Below are positions 11,560 through 23,583 of a stretch of DNA of 34,353 nt, one piece after another. The first letter of the stretch is position 1. Each line of letters opens with the position of its first letter. The notes beneath the pieces were generated by a model, which did no database searches, had not been told where the DNA came from, and saw only the letters and a list, made by a program, of their open reading frames with translations. The stretch comes from Octopus bimaculoides. Taxonomy: Eukaryota. Location of the stretch: positions 84,177,374-84,211,726 of the forward strand of contig NC_068986.1 in assembly GCF_001194135.2 (NCBI RefSeq), written 5' to 3'. Made by a program: the position numbers and the translations under genes.

Positions 11560-12247
11560 GGTAGTTATAAATTACATTATGTAATAGAAATTTATACTGG
11601 TTAAAGGAGTCACTAAATCATCGCGGTATTCAAGCAAATCAAGTACTTAAATAGTAAAATATCAAAGTCAGTCGTGCGTAAAATCACAAGTGGCCGACTG
11701 AATATACAACCAGTCTTCAAGGTCACGCATGAATACAAACATTGCATCCATTGTATTGCAATCGAAGCGAATTGCAGGATGTGCGTTAGGTGAATGATTA
11801 ACAAATGACAACAGATGGATTGTGGTTCACTACAACTGTCTCAGATATGATTTTCATTGATGAATAGAAGTTTTACATGATGCAAAAATAACCATTTTCA
11901 TCAGGTGAATTCATTTAAGGATTGAATATTTTGAATATCTCAATAACAAGTAAAAAAGTGCCATTTTGGCTCTACTAACCAAAATTCGGTCAGAGAGTCT
12001 CTCATTTATCACCGTGTCATGCTGGCAGAGCCAGTGTGATATGATGATAAAATCTGTACCTTCAGAATTTACTGGTACAATCCTCTCGACAAGCTTCTGT
12101 GCAGTCTTTGCATGCTCGTTTTCCACTTACAAAGTAAGGCGTGATCAAGGATAAAGTGAACGGTCATTTGTTCAAGGCCGAACCCACCACATCAGGGTTG
12201 CGAAACGAACTGCATCTACATACACGAAAACATAAGGGATATATATG

Positions 12248-12310
<63 letters not shown>

Positions 12311-12337
12311 ACGTAGTGTGTATGTATGTATGTCTTT

Positions 12338-12631
12338 GAAGGCGCGTAGCCTAGTGGTTAGGGTATTCGGTTACGTTCGCAGAATCGTCAGTTCGTTTCC
12401 AGCGGAGCCGTTGTGTCCTTGAGCAAAGCACCTTATTTCACATTGTACCTGTAATTCAAAAAGGGCCAGCCTCATCACATTCAATGTCACTCTGAAGCTC
12501 TCTGAGAACTATGTTAAGGCTACGCGTGTGTATGGAGTGCTTAGCCACTTGCACTTTAATTTCACGAGCAGTTTGATCGGTTGACCGAATCAACTTGAGC
12601 ACTCGTCGTCGTAACAGACGGAGAGCCAGGC
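12338..12631 (+). mobile_element. tRNA-derived CORE-like SINE (family D), near full length
   Basis: Head GAAGGCGCGTAGCCTAGTGGTTAG (A-box), CORE-like TTGTGTCCTTGAGCAAAGCACC, tail running into (ATCT)n. Confidence 0.8.
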
Positions 12632-12695
<64 letters not shown>

Positions 12696-12992
12696 GCCTG
12701 CCTGCCTGCCTGTCTGTCAGTCNNNNNNNNNNNNNNNNNNNNNNNNNNNNNNNNNNNNNNNNNNNNNNNNNNNNNNNNNNNNNNNNNNNNNNNNNNNNNN
12801 NNNNNNNNNNNNNNNNNNNNNNNNNNNNNNNNNNNNNNNNNNNNNNNNNNNNNNNNNNNNNNNNNNNNNNNNNNNNNNNNNNNNNNNNNNNNNNNNNNNN
12901 NNNNNNNNNNNNNNNNNNNNNNNNNNNNNNNNNNNNNNNNNNNNNNNNNNNNNNNNNNNNNNNNNNNNNNNACCTACCTACGTACCTACCTA

Positions 12993-13031
<39 letters not shown>

Positions 13032-13033
13032 AC

Positions 13034-13087
<54 letters not shown>

Positions 13088-13120
13088 GTCTATCTATCTT
13101 TCTATCTACCTGTTCGTCTA

Positions 13121-13248
13121 CTCGTCTGTGTACTTCATGCATGTTTGCTTTGTCTGTCAATTAATTTCACGTGCAAATTAATTACGCTGTGCAAATAGAA
13201 GTTGACAAAAATACGAAGGTAGATAATCATGAAAGTATACACTTATCT
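13121..13248. repeat. Unclassified dispersed repeat, copy 2 (follows (ATCT)n)
   Basis: Paralogue of 7776-7922 in direct orientation. Confidence 0.8.
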
Positions 13249-13690
13249 GTCAGTCTGTCTGTCTGTATACATGTGTGTATGGATGCATGTATATATAACC
13301 CACTTTTGCAAATGTAACAGCATAAACACAATAACCAATTAATACGTAAGCACCAAGTGCAAAACATACGCTAACATCACTACCGCCATTATTGCAAACA
13401 AACACCACGCTACGACCACCTCTGCTATAATATCAACAATAACTCCTTTAACAATAACATCACTAGCTAAAGGAATCACTACCACTACTACTACGACTCT
13501 TAATATTGCCGTGACTAACACCCCTGTGTCCCAGGTATCCTACTGTTACAACGTTACCAATAATATAAGCACCAAATTCAGTGCAACAACTATTTGTATA
13601 TACGTATATGTATATGTAAAGACAAAAGATAAAAGATATATATACATACACACGCATGCATATATGTCTATGTATGTATATGTATGTATA

Positions 13691-14085
13691 TATCTTTTAT
13701 CTTTTGCTAGTCTCTGGTATTAGACTGCGGTCATGCTGGAGCACCACCTTCAAGAAGCTTTAATCGAATGAATCGACCCTAGCATATATTTTTAAAGCCT
13801 GGTACTTATTCAGTCGTTCTCTTGGAACCACTCAGTTACGGGGACTAAACATCTCAACACCGGTTGTGAAACGGTTGGGAGGGACAATCATAGACACATT
13901 GACAAAGAAACATAGATACATATATACACGACGGGCAATTTTCAGTTTCCGTCTACCGAATCCACTGACCAGGCTTTGGTTAGTCCGTAGATATAGTGGA
14001 AAACACTCGCTCAAAGTGCCACGCAGTAAGCATTGAACCCGGAGTCATGTGGTTAGGAAGCAAGCTTCCTATCATACAACCACAT
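13691..14085 (-). mobile_element. Full-length CORE-like tRNA SINE (family B)
   Basis: On the minus strand: tRNA-like head with GGTTCAAT B-box, CORE-like GTGGCACTTTGAGCGAGTG, internal microsatellite, tail GGTGCTCCAGCATGACCGCAGTC; homologous to four other copies in the window. Confidence 0.88.
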
Positions 14086-14467
14086 AGTTATTTTAACATA
14101 AAGCAAAAGCTTAGGTCTTGTAGTAAGTGTTGCGAACCACATATAGTATGTAATATAATAAAAAGTATAAAAGTCAGAATGCTGAGTATATTTAAAGAGA
14201 TAACAGTTTCTAACTCGACTAGAATGAAGATTGAAGGTATTAAGTATAGGGATTCATTGCTTCCAGACATTTTAGTTGAATTGCAAGATTTCCTGTCGGG
14301 CAAAAGTAATTTCGTTGATAGCATTAGCTGTGAAAGTATTCCAAAAGCTTTTATATGTTTTCTTTGAAGACACAACCAATTATGAGTAAGTGTGTACTTA
14401 TATATATACTAGCACAACACCATATGTACACAATATATATCTATATCTATATCTATATCTATATCTA

Positions 14468-14510
<43 letters not shown>

Positions 14511-15104
14511 TTATATCCACACACACACACACATATGTATATATATATANNNNNNNNNNNNNNNNNNNNNNNNNNNNNNNNNNNNNNNNNNNNNNNNNNN
14601 NNNNNNNNNNNNNNNNNNNNNNNNNNNNNNNNNNNNNNNNNNNNNNNNNNNNNNNNNNNNNNNNNNNNNNNNNNNNNNNNNNNNNNNNNNNNNNNNNNNT
14701 ATATATGCGTGTATGTCCGTGTGTGCGTGCGTGTGTGCATGTGTGCGTGCGTGTGTGCGTGCGTGTGTCTGCATACGTTTATGTATGTATGTATATATGT
14801 ATGTATGTATACATATATATGTATGCATGCACACACACACACATACACACGACTTTTCTGTTTCACAGAACACAGGAATGTAGCATTCAATACGTGTTAT
14901 ACCGCAGAGGATAATTATTTAATATATAATATATATTTAATATATTCGCTACACGGTGTTGACTATTTTTTGACCTTCTTTGAGACATCTTTTATTGTCA
15001 CCTAATCGAACAACGAAACAACAATGTAGCGTCACCCAAAGCAAAATTAAACCTTATTCCCCACCTAAACATGAGCAACGCTCCACTAGAAAGGTTTACG
15101 ACGC

Positions 15105-15290
15105 TGTTATTGTTTCGGTCATACTTGATCAAGCAGTCCGCTGACAAAATAAAACCACTCTAGCTTTAAAACATCCCGTCTTTTATTCTTGAGGCATTGT
15201 GCTATCATTTTTAAGATTGTAGGGTGTTTGGTTTGCAGGAAATATGGTTGCCTTTCTTATCTAATGGAGTGGCTTTGTAGATGCTCCCAT
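15105..15290 (-). repeat. Family C repeat, Y-X order
   Basis: Reverse complement aligns with 4350-4571 (AAAAGACGGGATG, CTTGATCAAG..AAACAATAAC). Confidence 0.55.
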
Positions 15291-17855
15291 GTTATCTCAT
15301 TAAGAACATAGTTCTTGAATAAAATCTAACGATATATTTACTATTCTGTTGACAATGAGTGTCAATATATATGTCCAATTTGTACTAATGGTTTCTAATC
15401 GACACCAGTATCTAACTGTTCTTTTGTTTTATTGACACCATAATGCAAAGCTAATCCCAATGGGATTTAAACATAGAGCGTAAATAGACGTAATTAAATG
15501 CAGCATTTTATCCAGTGCACTACCGTATCTACCAATCATCCTCAGTTTGTTCAGTGTTTAATATTTCTTGTATTTAATTATTGTTTGGCGGCATGTTAAA
15601 GCGGAACGGTAATTCTGAATGAAGATTTGTGGAAATTAGGTCTGGATCTGTGTAAAGATTTTCAATGATTATGGTGGGAAGTAGAATGAAGTCAGCAAAA
15701 CGGAGTGTAAATAGGAGTGTAAGTGTCCTAGTTGTTCTACTGCATTGGACGATAAGCCGAAAAGTCGGCAATTTGCGTATTATCATCGTCGCCATGTTTG
15801 TCCGTGATAAACTTTCTTAACTAACAACGGCCTAGTCCATCTCGATATAAAGAGAAACTACAAGGTGATGTAGTTCGCCGTTGTAACCACCAGCAACAAC
15901 GGTAGAAACAGTCATGCTGATGAATTGACAAATATTTCTATGGTTTGTAGTAGCAAGTTCAAATTCTTCATTATAAGTAAATCTATCAAATATCAGCTGG
16001 CGTTCTATCTAGATGGGCAGTAGTCGTTCATCCAGGTAACGTTCCTGGCACCGGATATCTTGATTAGGCCAATGGAAAATATGGAATTTTAGGTAGAATT
16101 TGTAGTAATATGGTCTAGTTTCAACATGTTTAGATCAATATGGGAGAATATACAGCCGATCACGCGGACAACAAAGATTGTGTATATAGAAGGAAGTATA
16201 AACAGGTGTTTATTAAAGGAAGTGTAAATGGATATATATTAGATAGATTGTAAGAGAATGCATATAGAATAAACTACAAAGTGGGGTATATTGTAGGAAG
16301 TTTAGATGTGTGTATGTTGAAGAAAATGTAAAGAGATGCATTTTAAATTAGTGCCTCACAAACTAACAGTTACCTGGGCACCTCCCCAAAACATAAGAAA
16401 AACAATAAATTTTTTGCCAAGCTCCACTTCATCTTTATTAATGAGAAAACAAGTAACTTTCACTCATACAACTTCTTTCGAGAAGTTTAAAATTTAAAAA
16501 TTTAAAAATTTATTAAACATAGCAATTTGTCCGTTCACTTTTCAATCTTTATAAGATTCCTTCCCGTAATGAGCTTTCCCCGTCTCTGAGTATAACTACC
16601 TGTACATTGAAGTAGAATTTATACCATACTGAATGCGCATATAAAATCTGATTTTCGCACAAGGCGGAGAATTGAATACAATGGTCTCTTTTCTTGGTGT
16701 GTGTGTGTGTATACATACATACATACATACATACATACATACATACATACATACATACATANNNNNNNNNNTATATAGGAAGAATTCACAAAAAAACAAA
16801 AGACGAAGACAGGTGGTGTAGACAACAAACAGATGTATTAGTTTAACTCTCGGGAAGTGAAAAAGTTTTTAACATTTCGATCCTACGCCCTTCCACAGAA
16901 AGGCACACAGAAAGAAACTGGGAGCGAAAATAAAAAAATGTGTAGTGGCTAGCATATTTAGATATAGAGAAAAGATACAAAATATCATTCAAATAAATAT
17001 ATCCGAAAATTTATATTAACACAATGTTATCAAGGAGGTAACCCAAAACAGGTTCAATTCAAAGTGAATAAAGATAATATCTCTCATACATGAACGCATA
17101 CGAAAATAACGTTAAGAAAAAATAATATGTTTTAAGAAAAGCCAGTTTAGTATCTAAACTTATGATGACATCAGTTGATAACGGAAGAAAATAAACATAG
17201 AGATTCTACGTCGCGATATTTAGTTATCTAGCGATTATATATGTTACACAATTTAGAAAATGTATGCTCATTGCGTTATAGGAAACGCGTTTGTAATTAA
17301 GGTGTTATTTACTATTGGAATATTTCAATGATTTTTTTATATTTATGGGAACATTTCAACATAAGAGTGGTTCTACAATTTAATAAATATAATTTTGAGG
17401 TAATTATTATATATTACATTGCCGGGAATATTAATATATGATCTAGCGATTAACTAAATGTTCATTTAGGCTTATCGAAGTGATGCCATTGTACAAATTC
17501 AGACTGTGATGTTTGCCAGTGTTCGCCAATAGTGCTGTCTATGAAACACGTTTCTCACCTTGTATGACACATGTGTTTATTGTGCATACATTCAAGATGT
17601 ATGCAGGCTTGCAGCATATCTTGTGCATACATTTTAGTAATGGTAACGTAGCACCCATCAACAGATGTGTAGTACTCGCTATTAAATGGTGTTTTACTAC
17701 AAGCACCGAGCATACCATTACAAGCACTAAGCGTTCCACCTATATGGCAGGCTACAGTAAGGTAGCCACACAATTTTGTATCAGTCTTATTTCTACGTAC
17801 AGGATAATACGGTACCTTGGCCCACAAATGATATCCTGTTGTTCGTAAAATACTA

Positions 17856-17960
17856 GGGTCGACTTTTACACGGGGGTTTATGGAAAATTCCTAATTTTTT
17901 GGCCAAAAATAGGGAGTCGACTTGCATATGAGTTCGACTATTACTCGAGTATATACGGTA
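17856..17960 (-). mobile_element. One end of a Tc2/pogo-like (Tc1-mariner superfamily) DNA transposon
   Basis: Minus strand reads TA-CCGTATATACTCGAGTAATAGTCGAAC with repeated AAGTCGAC subterminal motifs, which is the terminal pattern I associate with this group. No partner TIR or transposase was found. Confidence 0.65.
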
Positions 17961-17967
17961 TATATTT

Positions 17968-18185
17968 ATGTGTGTGTCTTTGTGTCTGTGTTTGTTCCCC
18001 ACTATCACTTTACAACCGATGTTGGTGTGTTTACGTCCCTGTAAATTAGCGGTTCGGCAAAAGAGACCGATAGAATAAATATCAGGCCTACAAAGAATAA
18101 GTCCAAGGGTAGATTTCTTTGATAAAAAGGCGGTGCTCCAGCATGGCCCAAGTCAAACGACTGAAACAAATAAAGAATAAAAGAA
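17968..18185 (+). mobile_element. Family B SINE, 3' half
   Basis: TTAGCGGTTCGGCAAAAGAGACCGATAGAAT...GGCGGTGCTCCAGCATGG..GACTGAAACAA matches the reverse complement of 13691-14085. Confidence 0.9.
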
Positions 18186-18220
18186 TGTGTGTGTGCGCGC
18201 GCGCGCGAATACACACATAT

Positions 18221-18395
18221 TTATGTATGTGGACAGAGAGAAAGAGAGAGAGAGTAAAGAGAGAGAGAAAAAGAAAGAGAGAGAAAAGAGGGAAAGAGAG
18301 ATAGAAAGAGAGAGAGAAAAAGAAAGAGAGAGAAAAGAGGGAAAGAGAGATAGAAAGAGAGAGAGATAGAAAGAGAGAGATAGGGGGGAGAGAGA
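18221..18395 (+). repeat. Purine-rich (GA/GAAA) tract with an internal ~48-bp tandem duplication
   Basis: Direct reading. Confidence 0.85.
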
Positions 18396-18805
18396 TACAT
18401 ACAGTTGCTTGTATGTATATATATACGTGTATTTTTGTATGAATGTACGTATGAATGCAAATATGTATAAGAATAAATATATATTAATGTTAACATGTAT
18501 TTGTTATAGCCTTCAGCTGATTTTATATATCTGGTTCTCTCCACATATTTTGCCTGCCTTTCTTCTTCTTCTTATTCTTCTTCTTCTTCTTTTTCTTCTT
18601 CTTCTTCTTCTTCTTCTTCTTTCTTTCTTTCTTTCTTTCTTTCTAATTATCTTTCTACCTCCTCTCACTCATTAGGACTCTTCCCTTCCTCCCTCGGCAA
18701 TAAATCAATTAACGCCGGACCACGTCATTGTATTAATCAACGCATTATTACCAGCACTATGAACATCACTATAAACAGCAGCAGTGGCAGCAGTAGCAGT
18801 AACAG

Positions 18806-18809
18806 ACTG

Positions 18810-18856
<47 letters not shown>

Positions 18857-18865
18857 GTCATCGTT
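18806..18865 (+). repeat. (CAT)n microsatellite
   Basis: Direct reading. Confidence 0.95.
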
Positions 18866-19097
18866 CTGAACGACGTCGTGGTTGTTGTCACCATCATCGT
18901 CAGCTGCTACTGTTCTAACAGGATCTATAGAATGGTACATGCAAGTGCGTCAGCACCAGTTCTTTACTATAATATATGTAGATATTACTGTGTGTGTAGA
19001 TATGTAGATATTACTCTGTGTGTTTGCTTGCTTGCGCACGCGCGTGTGTGTGCATGTGTGTATGTTTTTGTTAATATTCGGCTGAAATAACAGAATG

Positions 19098-19142
19098 TAG
19101 GAAGGCCCAAGCGTTTCGTGCGTTCGCACTTATCGGATCCTA
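19098..19142 (-). other. Decayed type I hammerhead-ribozyme-like motif
   Basis: TAGGA-T-CCGATAA-GTGC(GAAC)GCAC-GAAA-CGCTTGGG-CC-T-TCCTA: stems I and II pair, but the core is mutated. Confidence 0.35.
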
Positions 19143-19259
19143 TTTATGTATGTATGTATGTATGTATGTATGTATGTATGTATGTATGTATGTATGTATG
19201 TGTGTGTGTTTGTGTGTGTGTGTTTCTATCTATCTATGTATCTACATGCGCACACACAC

Positions 19260-19387
19260 ATATGTGTGTATATTTTATATATACATAAACACATTCAGAC
19301 ACATTCATATATATATGTATATACATATACATATATATATGAATGTGTCTGAAGGTGTTTATGTATATATAATATATACACACATAT
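19260..19387. repeat. 128-bp near-perfect palindrome (63-bp arms, 2 mismatches)
   Basis: Hand pairing of 19260-19322 with 19325-19387; mismatches only at 19274/19373 and 19293/19354. Confidence 0.92.
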
Positions 19388-19911
19388 ACATATACATATA
19401 TGTTTACGTATATATACACGTGTAAACGTGTATGTTTATGCAAAAGTATATATGCATATGTGTATGTATATATGTGTGCATGTATATATATATATACATA
19501 TATATATNNNNNNNNNNNNNNNNNNNNNNNNNNNNNNNNNNNNNNNNNNNNNNNNNNNNNNNNNNNNNNNNNNNNNNNNNNNNNNNNNNNNNNNNNNNNN
19601 NNNNNNNNNNNNNNNNNNNNNNNNNNNNNNNNNNNNNNNNNNNNNNNNNNNNNNNNNNNNNNNNNNNNNNNNNNNNNNNNNNNNNNNNNNNNNNNNNNNN
19701 NNNNNNNNNNNNNNNNNNNNNNNNNNNNNNNNNNNNNNNNNNNNNNNNNNNNNNNNNNNNNNNNNNNNNNNNNNNNNNNNNNNNNNNNNNNNNNNNNNNN
19801 NNNNNNNNNNNNNNNNNNNNNNNNNNNNNNNNNNNNNNNNNNNNNNNNNNNNNNNNNNNNNNNNNNNNNNNNNNNNNNNNNNNNNNNNNNNNNNNNNNNN
19901 NNNNNNNNNNN

Positions 19912-19959
<48 letters not shown>

Positions 19960-20330
19960 TTCATGGACATATATGACTCCCCATACAAACACCCACACCG
20001 CACATATGTTCTAGCATATGCTTGTATAGAGCAATTTTATTTGGTCTGTTGATTTTTGATTTCTGAATTGCAATAAGTTAATCTAGCAAGCGACTGAATT
20101 TATTTTAGTGAATGTAAATAATGTAATATGAAAATTTTATTGAGGACAATGAGATTGTAAATTTTATGACACAAACTATTACATCGGGCAAACAAACACA
20201 GCATATTCTCCTCAGCTGACAATGCATTCACAACAATTAGCATTGTAATTTAGGATAATATCGTACACGGAATAGAATTAGACAGAAAATACATTAGTTG
20301 ATAGTACTATTATTTTATATAGAAGAGAGG

Positions 20331-20386
<56 letters not shown>

Positions 20387-20769
20387 TTCATTGCGCGTTA
20401 AAAATATGAAATCTGTGAGGACTTCATCGTTGTATAATTTTTACACCATGCGTTGAGGATTTTATTTATAACAATATTCTTATGGCCCAAACCACTACAA
20501 GGTACGCAAAGAACAAGCTATTATGACCACCAATTCCTCCTGATAATCGTACCAAGAAGGTCTTGAAACGTTGATGGGTTAATGGCCTTGCAGATCTTAT
20601 TGTTCGAAACAACACTTACACGTCTAATGAAGAAATATGAAATACCTTAAATACAGTATATTAAATTCGAACACGTCTCCCTTCGCTTCAAAAGATAACT
20701 TAGCTATTCAATGTATAGTGATCGATATAATATTTACCAGCCCAAAATAATTAGTAGTAGCGTCGATGC

Positions 20770-20840
20770 GATCGACCACAAAACTTGAAGCCGATACCCC
20801 AGCACAGCTACAGTCCACAGACTGAGATCAGTAAAGTAAT
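20770..20840 (+). mobile_element. Strongly decayed family B SINE tail
   Basis: GAAGCCGATACCCCAGCACAGCTACAGTCCACAGACTGAGATCAGTAAAGTAAT resembles the tail at 18125-18185. Confidence 0.5.
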
Positions 20841-21078
20841 ATATACATATAAAATTGTTGCCCTTCAGGCAATTCACGCTTCTATGTTGATTTCATATTT
20901 TTAACCCCTAATGGAGGAATTCCTAACTCTTTGTTAGTTTTTCCCGTTTATCGTTTCAACATTAACACACAGACCTACTTTCATTATTTCTTTATCTTAC
21001 TATCTGCATCTCTCTTCCTATCTGTATATATCTATTTATCTCTCTTTTTTCATTTTTTCTTCTACGTATGTGTGTGTA

Positions 21079-21110
<32 letters not shown>

Positions 21111-21181
21111 CATACAGAGAAAGAGAGAGATAGTTACAACAAGGTAGATGGAGAGAGACAGAGAAGATATAGACATATTGA

Positions 21182-21248
<67 letters not shown>

Positions 21249-21342
21249 TCGAAAGTAATTTATGATTTGTACAAGAAGCTATAGGTTTTCTAGGTCGGTA
21301 CTTTCCTGCTCTGATTTCCATTTGTGACAGACTCAACATTGC

Positions 21343-21399
<57 letters not shown>

Positions 21400-21736
21400 C
21401 TTCGGTCTATTTACCTACTTAACTCTCTATCTATTTCGCTAACTACCTACCTGTACATACCTACTTACCTACTTGCCTAACCTTATCTCTCTTTCTACCT
21501 ACCTCTCTGTATATACACATATCTAACTTCCTGATTGCCTTCCTACATCTCTATTTACCTGCCTAAATCTCTATCTACCAGTCTCTGTATTTCTACCTAA
21601 CTTCTATCCATCTGTATAACTCCATGTCTATATACATTGCTGCACTAATCAGCAACTGTACAGACAGCAATTCACCAATACAGCCGATACGAAAAGACAG
21701 CGGTGTCGTCTGTAAATGGAAGAAGCAGACGACAGC

Positions 21737-21762
21737 CTAACCGGTTAGAACTGGTTGCATCA
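21737..21762. promoter_or_regulatory. Tandem Grainyhead-type sites plus a C/EBP-ATF-type site
   Basis: Palindrome CTAACCGGTTAG (21737-21748), AACTGGTT (21749-21756), TTGCATCA (21755-21762). Confidence 0.4.
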
Positions 21763-22014
21763 ATGATGTTTGATAGGTAAAGCTATTTAGGAGCAGAGAG
21801 AGGAGGAGATGTTGTTAGTGCGTGAGAAGGTTAGTATAAGAGGAGGAAGCTGTGATGGGTGGGGCTGGTGGAGATAACAGGTATATAGGAAAGAGTGGGA
21901 GTGAGAATGTAAGAAGGTGAGATAGGGAAAGGTTGACTTAAAGCGACAATTGTAGAATGAGGTGGAGTGAGAGTGAGCGGGAGAGTGGTTGTAATGCACA
22001 AAACACATACTGAG

Positions 22015-22080
22015 GGAGAGACAGAGAAAAGAGAGAGAGAGAGAGAGAGAGAAAGGGAGAGAGAAAGAGAGAGAGAGAGT

Positions 22081-22147
<67 letters not shown>

Positions 22148-22150
22148 GGA
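22015..22150 (+). repeat. (GA)n microsatellite within a long purine-rich region
   Basis: Direct reading. Confidence 0.95.
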
Positions 22151-22817
22151 ACGGGAAAGAGACAGAGTCGATAATTTGATAAAAAGAAGAAAAAGGGGGA
22201 GAGAAAACTGAATGTAAAAGTTTCAAAATGAGAAAGGAAGAGATAAAGATTGAGAGAGATAGAGAAAGAAAATGGAGCAGAGAGGAGTGAAAGAGAAGGA
22301 AAGGGAGAAAAAGAGAGAGGGGGAAAGCGAGAGTGGAAGGATTTATTGACAGAGAGATTGGTTGATAGAAAGGATGTTCTAATTATCCGTCTGTCTGTCT
22401 CTTTGTTTCGTCCTCTCCTCTCTTTGCTTGTATATATATGTATACGTATATGCATACATACATGTATATGCACACACAGACAGACACAAGCACATATATA
22501 TATAAATATATAAATATACAGAGAGAGAGAGAGAAAAAAAAAAGGGAGAGAGAGAGAATAGAATGACAAGGGGGCACTACCCGGGGTACGTTAGGTGTAC
22601 AAACTTGTATGTGTATGCGTGTGCGTGTGCGTGTGCGAATACATAGAGGTACAGAAGAGGGTTAGATCGATAGTGAGAAATAATAGATACATTAATAGTT
22701 AGACGGGCAAATAGAAACACCGGATAGAAGGGTAAATAGAGATATGTAAATGAGAAGATACAGAAACAATGGGAACACAGCTGTGCGCGCACGTGTGTAG
22801 ATAGATAGACAGACAGG

Positions 22818-22849
<32 letters not shown>

Positions 22850-22850
22850 C

Positions 22851-22881
<31 letters not shown>

Positions 22882-23583
22882 GAGAGAGAGGGGGGATAGA
22901 GATGTTTGTGTGTGTATGTGTGCATATTTGTTTAAAACTGAGTGAGGAAATAACACATATACGTATATAAATTCATACATACATTCATACATACATACCT
23001 TCACGCATGCACAAATAGATACATACATAGATGTCAATATACAAGCACGTAGAAACACGTGAACACAGTTATACATGCACATACATGCATACAAGCATAC
23101 GTACATTCATTCATACATGTTTATGTGCTAAAAAGGAGAGAGAGGGGTGGGGTGGAGTGCAAGAGAAAGAGAGAGGGAGTGAAAGAGGGTGAGAGAGAAT
23201 GAGGTATATAGATATAGATATAAAGAGAGTGTGAAATAGGTAGTGTGCGATAGACTAACGACAGCAATGCAGTCATCAACTGGTTACATTTCTATCAATC
23301 GATAGACTGTCTTGCTATTTCCCTACAAGTTGACACTACGTTCAAGAGCTTGCTAGGTTGTAGGCTGCAGGTTATTCACTATAGAATGGTGTGTGCGTGT
23401 GTAATACTATGCGCGTGTATATGTAAGTTGCTCTCTGTGTGCGCTCATTTGGACACCTCTCTTATATATGTTTATATGGAAATAGAACTTCCCCGAATTT
23501 CTGAGTTTGTTATGCATCATGAATGCTATCTAGATTTTGCTTTTATCGTCCATTAAATCTGTTTGTAGGACACACATGAAAAG

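Noticed and set aside
11613-12126. Several 50-70 aa protein-like frames, including a CxxCxxxCxxxC stretch
   Set aside because: Interrupted by multiple stops, no recognisable family, and lengths compatible with chance
15845-16150. Minus frame of about 100 codons with one internal stop (IERQLIFDRFTYNEEF...)
   Set aside because: No recognisable homology or good donor site
16772-16915. Repeat-like segment with GGAAGGGCGTAGGATCGAAAT on the minus strand, recalling Penelope-type ends
   Set aside because: No second clear copy in the window and no intact ribozyme core
17513-17848. Overlapping 66-111 aa ORFs next to the Tc2/pogo-like end
   Set aside because: No DDE or HTH transposase motifs visible in any frame
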